Source of the DNA: Vulcanimicrobiales bacterium
Lineage (GTDB): Bacteria > Vulcanimicrobiota > Vulcanimicrobiia > Vulcanimicrobiales > Vulcanimicrobiaceae
Reading direction: 5' to 3'
NCBI GenBank assembly: GCA_038231455.1
Contig: JBBRLI010000004.1
Location: forward strand, 140,928-204,927
Length of the DNA: 64,000 bases
Positions 19,993 to 29,234 of the stretch are shown here, one piece after another; positions within the stretch are counted from its first letter, which is position 1; every line of letters begins with the position of its first letter. The translations under genes and the position numbers were made by a program. The notes under the pieces were generated by a model. That model was given only the letters and a program-made list of their open reading frames with translations, was not told the origin of the DNA and made no database searches.

Positions 19993-20057
19993 AAAACCCG
20001 CTTTCGGTCGTACGCTTCGAGCGGGCATTTTTCGCGCGTGACCGGAATCAACCTCGC

Positions 20058-20699
20058 GTGACTCGCTCGATCGTCGGCAGCATCTCGGAACTCTGGACGT
20101 ATCCGATCAAAGCGCTCGCTCCGCATGCGCACGATCGCGTCGTCGTCGAAGCGGAAGGCCTTGGGGGAGACCGCGAGCGCGCGTTGTTCGTGGAAACGAG
20201 CGAGCACCGTCGATTTGGCAAGACGTTGCGCGGCAAAGAGAACGCGCTCATGCATACCGCACCCGATCTTGCGAGCGGGATTGCGATTGCCGAGCAGGGA
20301 GGCGCGACGGTACGTCTCTCCGATCCCGCGCGCTACTTCGATGCAGCTCCGGTCTCGATCATCATGGACACGTGGGTTCGTGACTGCGAGCGTCTCGCCG
20401 GCGTGCCGGTCGAGCCGCAGCGATTTCGACCGAACATTTATGTGCGGTCTGAGCCGGGATTTGCTCTGGTGGAAGCCGATTTTATCGGCGCGACGATTCG
20501 CATCGGTGATGTCGCGCTGCTTGTCGTCGACCGCATTATCCGCTGCGTAACACCAGCTTACGATCTGATCACGGGTGAGACGGACGCTGCGATCTTGCGT
20601 GCGATCGCAAACGATCGCAAGAACATTGTGGGCATCTATGCCGAAGTGGCGCAGACTGGATCGATCGCGCGCGGCGACGCATTGACCTTAACTCAGTGA
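20058..20699 (+). CDS. MOSC domain protein
   Basis: LWTYPIKA, GDRE, RFRPNI, RC, GIYAEV..TGSI. Confidence 0.88.
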   Translation: MTRSIVGSISELWTYPIKALAPHAHDRVVVEAEGLGGDRERALFVETSEHRRFGKTLRGKENALMHTAPDLASGIAIAEQGGATVRLSDPARYFDAAPVSIIMDTWVRDCERLAGVPVEPQRFRPNIYVRSEPGFALVEADFIGATIRIGDVALLVVDRIIRCVTPAYDLITGETDAAILRAIANDRKNIVGIYAEVAQTGSIARGDALTLTQ

Positions 20700-21293
20700 A
20701 CGGCGGCCTTCCAGGGCCTTTGCGAGCGTGACTTCATCGGCGTAGTCCAGATCGCCGCCGATTGGCAAACCATACGCAAGGCGCGTGACGCTCACGCCGC
20801 TTGGTGAGATGAGTCGCGAGAGATAGAGGGCCGTTGCTTCGCCTTCGGCATTCGGATTCGTCGCGACCACAACTTCGCGGAAGTCTTCGCTCCTGACCCG
20901 TTCGATGAGTTCTTTGATGTGCAGTTGCGCGGGGCCGATGCCGTCCATCGGCGAGATCAAGCCGCCGAGCACGTGGTATTTGCCGCGGAACGCCGACGTG
21001 CGTTCGATCGCGTAGATATCTTTTGCCTCGGCGACGACGCAAATTTGCGTTAGATCGCGGCGCGCATCCGTGCAGATGCCGCACGGGTCTTCTTCGGTGA
21101 TCGAAAAGCAGCGCGAACATTGGCGCACGCGATCTTTGAGCGCGATGATGGCCTCGGAGAGGGCTTCGGCTTCAGCGCGAGGCCGGTTGAGCAAATAAAA
21201 CACCAACCGCGCAGCCGTCTTCGGCCCTACGGTCGGCAGTTTACTGAACTCGTTGATCAGAGCCGCGACGGGCCCCGCGATCGCGCTTGAAAT
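20688..21293 (-). CDS. recR: Recombination mediator RecR; non-canonical start inferred
   Basis: INEFSKLPTVGPKTAARL lies upstream of the ORF-track start; C4 Zn finger; YHVLGGLISPMDGIGP; Toprim motif EGEATALY. Confidence 0.92.
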   Translation of the reverse strand: MSSAIAGPVAALINEFSKLPTVGPKTAARLVFYLLNRPRAEAEALSEAIIALKDRVRQCSRCFSITEEDPCGICTDARRDLTQICVVAEAKDIYAIERTSAFRGKYHVLGGLISPMDGIGPAQLHIKELIERVRSEDFREVVVATNPNAEGEATALYLSRLISPSGVSVTRLAYGLPIGGDLDYADEVTLAKALEGRRSLS

Positions 21294-21602
21294 CTACATC
21301 AACCCGGGAATTTTCATCCCGCCGGTGAGTTTGCCCATTTTCTGACCCGAGAGTTCTTGCACTTTGCCAAGCGCATCGTTGAGCGCGACGACGAGCAAAT
21401 CTTCAAGCGTCTCGATGTCATCGGGATCGACGGCTTCTTTGCTCACGGAGATTTTTTGCACGCGGAAATCTCCGTTGATCGACGCGGTCACGGCGTTTCC
21501 GCCGGCACTACCCGTCACGGTTGTCGCTTTGAGCTCGTCTTGAACGCGCTCCATCTCTTGTTGCATCTTGCGCATCTGCGCCATCAATTGGGCTTGGTTC
21601 AT
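21294..21602 (-). CDS. ybaB: YbaB/EbfC nucleoid-associated protein
   Basis: MNQAQLMAQMRKMQ...GSAGG...VDPDDIETLEDL; between dnaX and recR. Confidence 0.93.
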   Translation of the reverse strand: MNQAQLMAQMRKMQQEMERVQDELKATTVTGSAGGNAVTASINGDFRVQKISVSKEAVDPDDIETLEDLLVVALNDALGKVQELSGQKMGKLTGGMKIPGLM

Positions 21603-21621
21603 CGTGTCCTCATTTGCGTGA

Positions 21622-23397
21622 TTAGCTAAAGCGTTTGAGCGCGTAGAGTTTGAGGTCGTTCTGATCGACGGCGCTGCCGTCGTCTTCGGTCGGCGGCGGA
21701 GCGCCCGGACCCTGCACGATTGAGAGCGTGAGCGAACGCCCAAGCACATCGGCAAGCGCTTTTTGCACGAGCGCCTGCTGCGCGCGCAAGAGCTGAGCGT
21801 TGGGCGGCGAGCTCGCGCGTAGCGTAAGCGTATCGCCCTCCAACTTCTCGACCATCGTACTCGAAAGCGGCCCGGCCATCGCCGGCTTCTCGCCTTCGAC
21901 ACGCGTGCGAACGCTCTGCCAAAGCGACCGCACTTTTTGTAAGGAGACCTCGCCCGGCGCGCCGCCCGAGGGCGGTGTTTCCACGTGGATCGGCTCAACC
22001 GCCGAAACCGCGGGTACCGGCGGTTCCGGCGCGGCCGCAACCAGCGGTTCGGGCGCAGCGGCGGTGAGCGGAGAGTCGGAAGGCAAGTCCGCAAGCGTCG
22101 GCTCCGCACCCGATAATGTGTGCACCTCGGGTGAGACGGGTCGCGGAAACGGAACAGCAACGGGATTCGTCGGTCGGGTAGCCGGGGGACGCACGGAAGC
22201 GGCTGCGGGAGCGGGGGCCGACCGCTGAGGCGGGAGCGCCGCAGCAGCCGGAAGCGCCGAGATTCCCCCACCGGCTTCAATGGCGGCGACGCGCGACGCC
22301 AGAGCCTCAAGTGACGGATCTTCCGCCGCTAGCATGAAGCGCAGCAGAGCGGTCTCGAGTTCGAGTCGGGCATTCCCCGACGCGCGACTCGCCGTGAGCG
22401 CTTCGCCAAGCAGCCGCAGCGCGCGAACGATCCGCGCCTGCGACGTCGCGTCGGCACGAGCGAGCGCCTCAGCAGCATCATCGGCCGAAAGATCGCGCGC
22501 GAGCAATTCGGGATTCACGCGGCCAACGAGCAAATGCCGAAATTCCGCCGTCAGGCTCCGGATGAGCCCCGGCATATCGGTCCCTGCATCGCTCGCATCG
22601 TCGATCAGGCGCAACCCCGTAGCCGCATCGTTTGCAAGCGACGCATCGAGCAGCGAACGTGCATATTCACGCCCGGTCGTGCCAAACGCCGCATCAACCG
22701 TCGCAAGATCGACCGGACCATTCGCAAACGACGCAACCTGTTCGAGCATCGTGAGCGCATCGCGCAAGCCGCCATCGGCCCGATACGCAATCGCGCCAAG
22801 CGCCGCATCATCGATCACGATCGACTCGGCAAGCGAGATCTCACGCATCCGCTCGATCATCGTCGGAATCGCAATCCGTCGAAACGCATACCGCTGACAA
22901 CGCGAGAGAATCGTCGGCGGCAACGCCTCCGGCGCCGTCGTCGCAAGAATAAAGACAGCATAGTCCGGCGGCTCTTCAAGCGTTTTTAAGAACGCATTGG
23001 CGCCTTCTTTGGTAAGCATATGCGCTTCATCAATGATGTAGACTTTGTTGCGCATGCTCGAAGGAGAGAACTTCACCGCATCACGCAGCGCCCGAATCTC
23101 ATCGATGCCGCGATTCGACGCAGCATCGATCTCCAAAACATCAAGCGCAGAGCCATTCAAAATAGCAACGCAATTCTCACACGTATTATCAGGCGTCGCC
23201 GTCGGCCCATTCACACACTCAATACACCGAGCGAGAATCTTCGCAGCCGAAGTCTTCCCCGAGCCCCTCGGCCCAGAAAAAAGATACGCATGCGCAAGCC
23301 GCCCCGTCGAGAGCGCCGTACTAAGCGTACGAACAACAGCATCCTGACCAACCAAGTCCGCAAACGACCGCGGACGCCAAGTACGATAGAGCGACAC
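21622..23397 (-). CDS. dnaX: DNA polymerase III subunits gamma/tau
   Basis: LYRTWRPRSF, GPRGSGKT, EIDAASN, IIDEAHML, LLK-like FLKTLEEPP, SRCQ; Pro/Ala linker. Confidence 0.96.
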   Translation of the reverse strand: MSLYRTWRPRSFADLVGQDAVVRTLSTALSTGRLAHAYLFSGPRGSGKTSAAKILARCIECVNGPTATPDNTCENCVAILNGSALDVLEIDAASNRGIDEIRALRDAVKFSPSSMRNKVYIIDEAHMLTKEGANAFLKTLEEPPDYAVFILATTAPEALPPTILSRCQRYAFRRIAIPTMIERMREISLAESIVIDDAALGAIAYRADGGLRDALTMLEQVASFANGPVDLATVDAAFGTTGREYARSLLDASLANDAATGLRLIDDASDAGTDMPGLIRSLTAEFRHLLVGRVNPELLARDLSADDAAEALARADATSQARIVRALRLLGEALTASRASGNARLELETALLRFMLAAEDPSLEALASRVAAIEAGGGISALPAAAALPPQRSAPAPAAASVRPPATRPTNPVAVPFPRPVSPEVHTLSGAEPTLADLPSDSPLTAAAPEPLVAAAPEPPVPAVSAVEPIHVETPPSGGAPGEVSLQKVRSLWQSVRTRVEGEKPAMAGPLSSTMVEKLEGDTLTLRASSPPNAQLLRAQQALVQKALADVLGRSLTLSIVQGPGAPPPTEDDGSAVDQNDLKLYALKRFS

Positions 23398-23578
23398 CAC
23401 CCAAAGTTCGGGAACCGCCACACCCAACCCCACAAGGAACCCCGAACAACAAGCCCAGAGAAAACGCCGCACCGCAGGTGTCTGAACTCCCCCTCAGGGC
23501 TTGGGTTTTCTCGCTACCAACCCTCACCGGCGTTGCCGAACGGGCTTATGAGGAAGCCGCAGATCGAGATCGTGCCTA

Positions 23579-23750
23579 GCGGCTACGGGTGGGGTTTCTG
23601 GCGGGGTGTCTGAGCTTTTCGCGGAGCGTGTTGGCCCAGCGTAGGCTGGGACAACTCATCAGGATGGCGGGAGCGAAAAGTCAGCAAGTAGGCTTTTCCC
23701 AAGGATGGGAAAAGCCGGGCGCCCCCGCCAGAAACCCCACCCGTAGCCGC
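23579..23750 (+). repeat. Long-armed structured palindromic element, copy E1
   Basis: Perfect 28-bp inverted arms 23579-23606/23723-23750 enclosing multiple hairpins; homologous to 58855-58996. Confidence 0.85.
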
Positions 23751-23886
23751 AAGCCCCAACCCAATCAGCCGAAACCCAGCCACGTTTGGCAGAGTATACC
23801 AAGGGGTACCCTCCAACCAAGCCCACTCCTAACTTTGCGCTCATGTTATGACCGCGAAGCTCTTGTATCCTCAGAGTTATACAATT

Positions 23887-25563
23887 ATGAGCACAGCAAC
23901 GGCAATCGATCTCCTCGGAGCACTGCGCGAGAAATTCGGGTTCGAGCGCTTTCAACCGGGTCAAGAAGAAGTGATCACGCGCGTTATGAACGGCGAGAAT
24001 TCGCTCGCCATTTTAGCGACCGGCGCCGGGAAAAGTTTGTGTTATCAGCTCCCCGCGCTGCTGCTGGATGGAACGACGATCGTCGTTTCGCCGCTCATCG
24101 CGCTGATGAAAGATCAGCTCGATATGCTTGCGGAGCGCGGCGTAAAAGAAGTCGTCGCGCTCAACTCGACGCTCTCGGAAGATCAAGAGTCGCGCGCAAT
24201 GTCGCGCATCGCGGGCGGCAGCACGAAGATCGTCTTCGTGACGCCCGAGAAGCTCGAAGACGAAACGTTTATCGGCATTCTCAAGACGCTGCACGTCCCA
24301 CTCTTCGTGGTCGACGAGGCGCACTGTATCTCCGCCTGGGGCCACGATTTCCGTCCCGCGTATTTGGGCCTCGGACACGTGATAGCCGAGCTCAAACACC
24401 CAACCGTTCTTGCGCTTACGGCAACGGCGACGCCCGCCGTGCGCGAAGATATCCTCATCCAGCTGGGCATTCCGAATACGAAGCCGATCGTCAAAGGCTT
24501 CGATCGCCCCAATCTGCGCTACGAAGTCAAACGTGCGGAGAACGAAGCCGCGAAGTTGCGCGCGCTCAAAGATCTCTTCCAAACCGGCCTCGAAGGCACC
24601 GGGATCATCTACACCGCGACGATCAAGAACGCGCTCGAAGTGCAAAAATATTTGCACGACACGTTGAACTTGCCGGCGGCTGTGTACCATTCGAAGTTAC
24701 AGAAGTACGATCGCGTTTCGGTCCACGAACTGTTCATGGGCGAGGCGATCCGTGCGGTCGTCGCCACGAACGCGTTTGGTCTTGGGATCGACAAGCCGAA
24801 CATTCGCTTTGTCGTGCACTACGATCTCCCGGGATCGGTCGAAGCGTATACGCAGGAAGCCGGTCGCGCCGGACGCGACGGCGACCTCTCGCGCTGCATA
24901 TTGATCTACCGCATGAGCGACACGCGCGTGCAGAACTACTTCCTCACCGGCAAGTATCCCAACGTCGAGGAAGTGCAAAAAGTCTTCGGCACGCTCGAAT
25001 ACTTCGGGACGCAAGAAGGCGGCGTGTCGCTCACCGACATGCGCAAGATCTCGCAGCTGCCGCTCACCAAGCTCAAAGTCATCCTGGCCCTGCTCAAGAA
25101 GAGCGGCTTCATCGAGACGAGTTCGCGCGCGAAGTATACGCTTACCGATGCCGCCCGCAAAAACCGTGAGCTGGTTCTCAATCTTGCGAACTACGAGACG
25201 AAAAAGTCGTACGACCAATCGAAGCTCGCTATGATGCTGCAGTACTGCGAGACGGGATCGTGCCGCCGCAAATTCATTCTCAACTATTTTGGCGAGGATT
25301 TCGAGCGCGAGAACTGCGGGCAGTGCGATAACTGCCTTGCCAAGCTTGCGCGTTCTGCCAAAGCCCAATCGAGCAACACGCCGATCGCCTCGACGCCGAC
25401 CGTCAAAGGCGAATATCGTATCGCCGACGTTGTCTTTCATCCGAAATTCGGGCAAGGCACGGTCGAGCGTACCGAGAAAGACCTGGTAACGGTCTTATTC
25501 CCGAGCGTTGGGTATAAGACGCTGCTCGCGTCTGCCGTCAGTCGCGAAGCAAAAATCGCTTAA
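23887..25563 (+). CDS. recQ: RecQ family helicase with C-terminal Tudor-like domain
   Basis: TGAGKSLCYQLP, VDEAHC, QEAGRAGRDG, CRR...YFGE...CGQCDNC. Confidence 0.93.
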   Translation: MSTATAIDLLGALREKFGFERFQPGQEEVITRVMNGENSLAILATGAGKSLCYQLPALLLDGTTIVVSPLIALMKDQLDMLAERGVKEVVALNSTLSEDQESRAMSRIAGGSTKIVFVTPEKLEDETFIGILKTLHVPLFVVDEAHCISAWGHDFRPAYLGLGHVIAELKHPTVLALTATATPAVREDILIQLGIPNTKPIVKGFDRPNLRYEVKRAENEAAKLRALKDLFQTGLEGTGIIYTATIKNALEVQKYLHDTLNLPAAVYHSKLQKYDRVSVHELFMGEAIRAVVATNAFGLGIDKPNIRFVVHYDLPGSVEAYTQEAGRAGRDGDLSRCILIYRMSDTRVQNYFLTGKYPNVEEVQKVFGTLEYFGTQEGGVSLTDMRKISQLPLTKLKVILALLKKSGFIETSSRAKYTLTDAARKNRELVLNLANYETKKSYDQSKLAMMLQYCETGSCRRKFILNYFGEDFERENCGQCDNCLAKLARSAKAQSSNTPIASTPTVKGEYRIADVVFHPKFGQGTVERTEKDLVTVLFPSVGYKTLLASAVSREAKIA

Positions 25564-25618
25564 GACGCTCGCCGGCGTTTAGACACCGGCGCCGGGTCGG
25601 TTTGGTCGGGTAGAGGAT

Positions 25619-27424
25619 ATGCGACGCGCAACTTTCGCGCCGTTCGGTTTTATCGTGATTGCGATGCTCGCGCTTTGGGCGACGGGGGTCACCAGCCGCG
25701 CGCAATCGGTTAATCCGCCCGTTTCCCCGCCTCCCACCGGCTCAAGCGTGAATCCGCCGGGCGTTCCCACCCCTGGATCGCTTGCGACGCCTCCGAACAA
25801 CGCGCCAATTGCAACGCCGCAGTCGCAGCCAACGGGGCCGTCCGGGGCGCCTACGCCCGGGACGACACCGGCGGCAACGCCGATGCCCGGTGAGTCGCCG
25901 AACGGGGCGAGCCCCGGGCCGTACACACCGCAGCCGATCGTCACGGTACCACCGACACCCGTGCCGATAATCGTCGAACCGCCGTACCCGGGCGTCGTCG
26001 TCGGATCGACGCTCGTCGCGCGCGTCTCCGGGGTCTATGGGACGCTCATCGCCGTCTCGGCGAATCCCGCGATCGCCGAGGTTACCGTCGATCAAGTCGC
26101 GCGCACGCTCAGCATCTCGGGCAAGTCCTTAGGGATGACAACGCTCACCCTACACGACGATCGAGGGACCGTCACGCGCGACGTTCCGGTGATGGTCGCG
26201 TACAATGCCGGCGCGATTCCCGAGAGCGTTCCGCTGCGAATCACCGGCAATCCGGCGACCGGCGACTACGTGCGCGAAGCGGCCGCAGAAGCCGCGCGTG
26301 TCGCAACACTCGCCTATGCGCGCCCCGGAGCCGCCGTGCGCGTCTTCACCGATGCGATGTCGACGGTGCCGCAAATTGGGATCGACAACCGCGCGACGAT
26401 CGACGTCCCGGTACAAATCGACGGGGAAGGCTACTTCACGGTCTCCGGAACGACGCACGTCGTCGTCGACAATATCGCACTCCCGCGCATCCAACCATCG
26501 CTCTTGCTCGTGAGCGATTTTCCCGAAACGCTGCGCTCGAACGGGATTCTCTTTACCGCGCAATTGGCACGTCGCGAAGCCAAGCGCTTTCTGTACTATC
26601 ACTACAACCCCAAGACCGAGCCCGCGCGACGCATCTTACTCAAGCTGCACAACTCCTCAGCGCAGCCGGCGCGCGTGCAGTTCATCGAAGGTCAAGGCGG
26701 TCCCAACACCAACGAAATCCTCGTTGGGCATCAATCGACGCAGCGCTTTCTCGTTCGCGAATTGCAGAACGAAGGCGTCGTCGTAACGATTCCACCGAAC
26801 GCGACGATCAATCTTGTGAATCATGCATTGCCGCCGGGCGCCGTCGTCAGCGGTCTTCTGCAGTTACGCGAAGTCGACGGCGATCCGCTCGACCTCACAC
26901 TCCTCGCGCAGGACGCCGAGACGGCGACCGATGCGCCGTTCGATGCGACGCATTTGCTCGAGGGGACCGTGGCCCACGCACGCGGCGAATACAAAGTGCC
27001 GGAGTTTTATTTCGAGAACACCTACGACACGTCGGGGGCAAATCTCGAAATTCCGATCGGACAGTTGCCGTTGCCGAACCTCCGTCAAGGAGAAGCGCTC
27101 GCGGGCGACTACGGCGTCAAGGCGCAAGTGACGGTGACCATCGTAAATTCCGGGCGCACCGCAATGCCCACAGCGATCTACGCAAATCCACGCGGCGGGA
27201 AGGCAACCGGAACGTTCCTGATCGATCGCACGCTCGTACAATCGCATGCGCTGGCGCCGTTCTCGACATTCAAGATCTGGCAGGAGACCATTCCCGCTGG
27301 GACGTTCCGCAAAGTCGTGATCGTCACGATGCCCGAAGGCGGCTCGTCCTATCCACTGCGTCTTATTTTCGCGCCGGACGACGGCAGCATTCCGCCGGGT
27401 GCACCGGGCTCACCGATTTACTAG
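25619..27424 (+). CDS. Exported hypothetical protein with Pro/Thr-rich N-terminus and beta-rich domains
   Basis: Signal peptide, long Pro-rich linker, 601-aa ORF. Confidence 0.7.
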   Translation: MRRATFAPFGFIVIAMLALWATGVTSRAQSVNPPVSPPPTGSSVNPPGVPTPGSLATPPNNAPIATPQSQPTGPSGAPTPGTTPAATPMPGESPNGASPGPYTPQPIVTVPPTPVPIIVEPPYPGVVVGSTLVARVSGVYGTLIAVSANPAIAEVTVDQVARTLSISGKSLGMTTLTLHDDRGTVTRDVPVMVAYNAGAIPESVPLRITGNPATGDYVREAAAEAARVATLAYARPGAAVRVFTDAMSTVPQIGIDNRATIDVPVQIDGEGYFTVSGTTHVVVDNIALPRIQPSLLLVSDFPETLRSNGILFTAQLARREAKRFLYYHYNPKTEPARRILLKLHNSSAQPARVQFIEGQGGPNTNEILVGHQSTQRFLVRELQNEGVVVTIPPNATINLVNHALPPGAVVSGLLQLREVDGDPLDLTLLAQDAETATDAPFDATHLLEGTVAHARGEYKVPEFYFENTYDTSGANLEIPIGQLPLPNLRQGEALAGDYGVKAQVTVTIVNSGRTAMPTAIYANPRGGKATGTFLIDRTLVQSHALAPFSTFKIWQETIPAGTFRKVVIVTMPEGGSSYPLRLIFAPDDGSIPPGAPGSPIY

Positions 27425-28428
27425 ACCACGCGACGATAGATCGCACTGCAAGCAGCAGCGGCGGTCGACCACGCGAATCGTTCGGCCGCTGCGAGTCGCA
27501 TCGCCGTGGTGGGCACCGCTTCGAGGGCGGTGCGCGTAGCCTCGATCCACGCAGCACCATCGTCGGGATTGCAGAGCGCGCCGTCGATACCGGTCACTTC
27601 GATCAGCGATGAGCTTGCCGCGGCAACCAATGGAATCCCGGCGCACAGCGCCTGCGCTGCAGCGTACCCGAACCCTTCGTACCGCGATGGAACGAGTGCG
27701 ACGGCGGCCTGGGCGTGCAGGCGCAAGAGTTCGGAACGCTCGACGTAGCCGCGAAATTCAACTCGGTCCGCGATTCCAAGTTCCGCGGCCCGCGCACGAC
27801 ACACCTCAAGATACGGCGTCGGCGGTCCGACTGAAACAAGTCGCAGGTCCGGAATTGCGGCGACCGTTTCAATCGCGCGAAGCAGATTCTTTCGCGCCTC
27901 GACCGTGCCGAGGGCTAAGGCAAACGGTCGTTCGCCGCGCACGCGCTCGAGCGCGACAAACGCCGGATCGACGCCCGGATACACAACGTGGACGCGCGCC
28001 GGATCGCCGCCGACCAGTTCGAGATATTCGGTGCGCGTAAAGTTCGAGTCGACGACGATCGCGGCCGCCGTGCGATAACGCCGGCGCATGAACGTGCCGA
28101 AATACCAGCGCGCGTACGGGCGCGTGTGCCCTTGCACGCGCAGCCAAGCAAGATCGTGCACGGTCGTAACCACCGGTACGCCTGCGCGATATGGCATCGT
28201 GCCACTCGTTGCGTGAAGCAGAGCGGCGCCGCTGCGCCGCAGCTGAATCGGCAGCTCGATTTGATCCCAACGCACGCGACGATCGAAGCGCCACGGATCG
28301 AGTCGCGGATTCGCAAGTTCGCTCACGTCGATACCGGTCGCACGCAGGCCCGTCGCAAGGCCGCGCGCATATTCACCGATCCCCGTGGACGTCCCGACGG
28401 CAAGCTGCAAATCGAGTGCGACTTTCAC
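27421..28428 (-). CDS. GT4 family glycosyltransferase
   Basis: TVHDL, GTVEARKNL, PSRYEGFG motifs. Confidence 0.9.
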   Translation of the reverse strand: MKVALDLQLAVGTSTGIGEYARGLATGLRATGIDVSELANPRLDPWRFDRRVRWDQIELPIQLRRSGAALLHATSGTMPYRAGVPVVTTVHDLAWLRVQGHTRPYARWYFGTFMRRRYRTAAAIVVDSNFTRTEYLELVGGDPARVHVVYPGVDPAFVALERVRGERPFALALGTVEARKNLLRAIETVAAIPDLRLVSVGPPTPYLEVCRARAAELGIADRVEFRGYVERSELLRLHAQAAVALVPSRYEGFGYAAAQALCAGIPLVAAASSSLIEVTGIDGALCNPDDGAAWIEATRTALEAVPTTAMRLAAAERFAWSTAAAACSAIYRRVV

Positions 28429-29168
28429 GAAGGCGCGACCGGCCGCAGGTCGAGGCGCGGGTCACCCGGGTCGAGACGACGCGCTTGCGCGTACGCGTCA
28501 TCAGCCAGAGCGCGATCGCCCAGAACGAAATAGGTATCGCCGATCCCGAGAAGCAGCGTCACGTCGATCGGCTGCAGCGCGCGGGCACGTGCATACGCAT
28601 TGAGTGCCGACAGCAACTCTCGCCGACGCTGCGTGCGGTCGGCAAGCGCGCAAGCGTAGTGCAGCTTTCCGAGTTTGATGAGCGCATCCACCCGATTTGC
28701 GGGTCGCGCGGGATCGCGTTCGAGTCGCGCGACCAACTGCTCTTCGAGCGCGACCGCTCCCGCAAGATCGCCCGCCGCGACAAGGCGGTCGACAAACGGG
28801 AAAACCTCGTTCGCATCGCCGGCGGCAAGAAAGAACGGCAGCGCAGCGCGCGGATCGTGCCGCAAGAGCGCGACCCGCCCCGCGAGATCGTCGCGCGCGT
28901 CGCTCGGTGCGAGCCGCACGATCTGCGTACGTGCTGCCGCAACATCGCCGCGAACCACGGCCGCCTGCGCGAGCGCGAAGGTCGACCACGACGTCGGGAG
29001 CATGGCATCGATGCGCTCCAAAAGCGCGGGACCGATCGTGCGGCTAAGCCATCCCGGTAGCGATGCGGGTTCTGCGAGCGAACCGAACGCACCGTCGCAA
29101 GCAATTTGAATGAGGCAAGAGAGCGTGACCGCGACGATCGCCATCGCGGCGAAGAAACGGCGCATCAC
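28425..29168 (-). CDS. TPR-like helical protein with N-terminal anchor
   Basis: TPR-like C-terminus LGDTYFVLGDRALADDAYAQARRLDP; overlaps the GT start. Confidence 0.6.
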   Translation of the reverse strand: MMRRFFAAMAIVAVTLSCLIQIACDGAFGSLAEPASLPGWLSRTIGPALLERIDAMLPTSWSTFALAQAAVVRGDVAAARTQIVRLAPSDARDDLAGRVALLRHDPRAALPFFLAAGDANEVFPFVDRLVAAGDLAGAVALEEQLVARLERDPARPANRVDALIKLGKLHYACALADRTQRRRELLSALNAYARARALQPIDVTLLLGIGDTYFVLGDRALADDAYAQARRLDPGDPRLDLRPVAPS

Positions 29169-29182
29169 GGTGCCTTAGAAAT

Positions 29183-29219
29183 GCAAACGCCCGCTCCCTC
29201 GCGGGAACGGGCGTTTTGC
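29183..29219 (-). terminator. Intrinsic terminator after the OmpM-like gene
   Basis: AAACGCCCG...CGGGCGTTT stem-loop just downstream of the stop. Confidence 0.75.
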
Positions 29220-29234
29220 TTTCGATCGCTTTGT

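Noticed and set aside
21622-22300. dnaX programmed frameshift signal
   Set aside because: No A-AAA-AAG or long A-run slippery site seen in the linker region.
23476-23510. SRP RNA (ffs), often found upstream of dnaX; TGAACTCCCCCTCAGGGC resembles part of it
   Set aside because: The GGAA-loop/GCAGC helix-8 motif does not follow on either strand.
23615-23670. Hammerhead ribozyme (CTGATGAG on the minus strand followed by a stem)
   Set aside because: GAAA does not directly follow stem II, and the motif is missing from homolog E2.
23579-23750. Retron msr-msd (long a1/a2-like inverted arms)
   Set aside because: No reverse transcriptase in the window; the flanking genes are dnaX and recQ.
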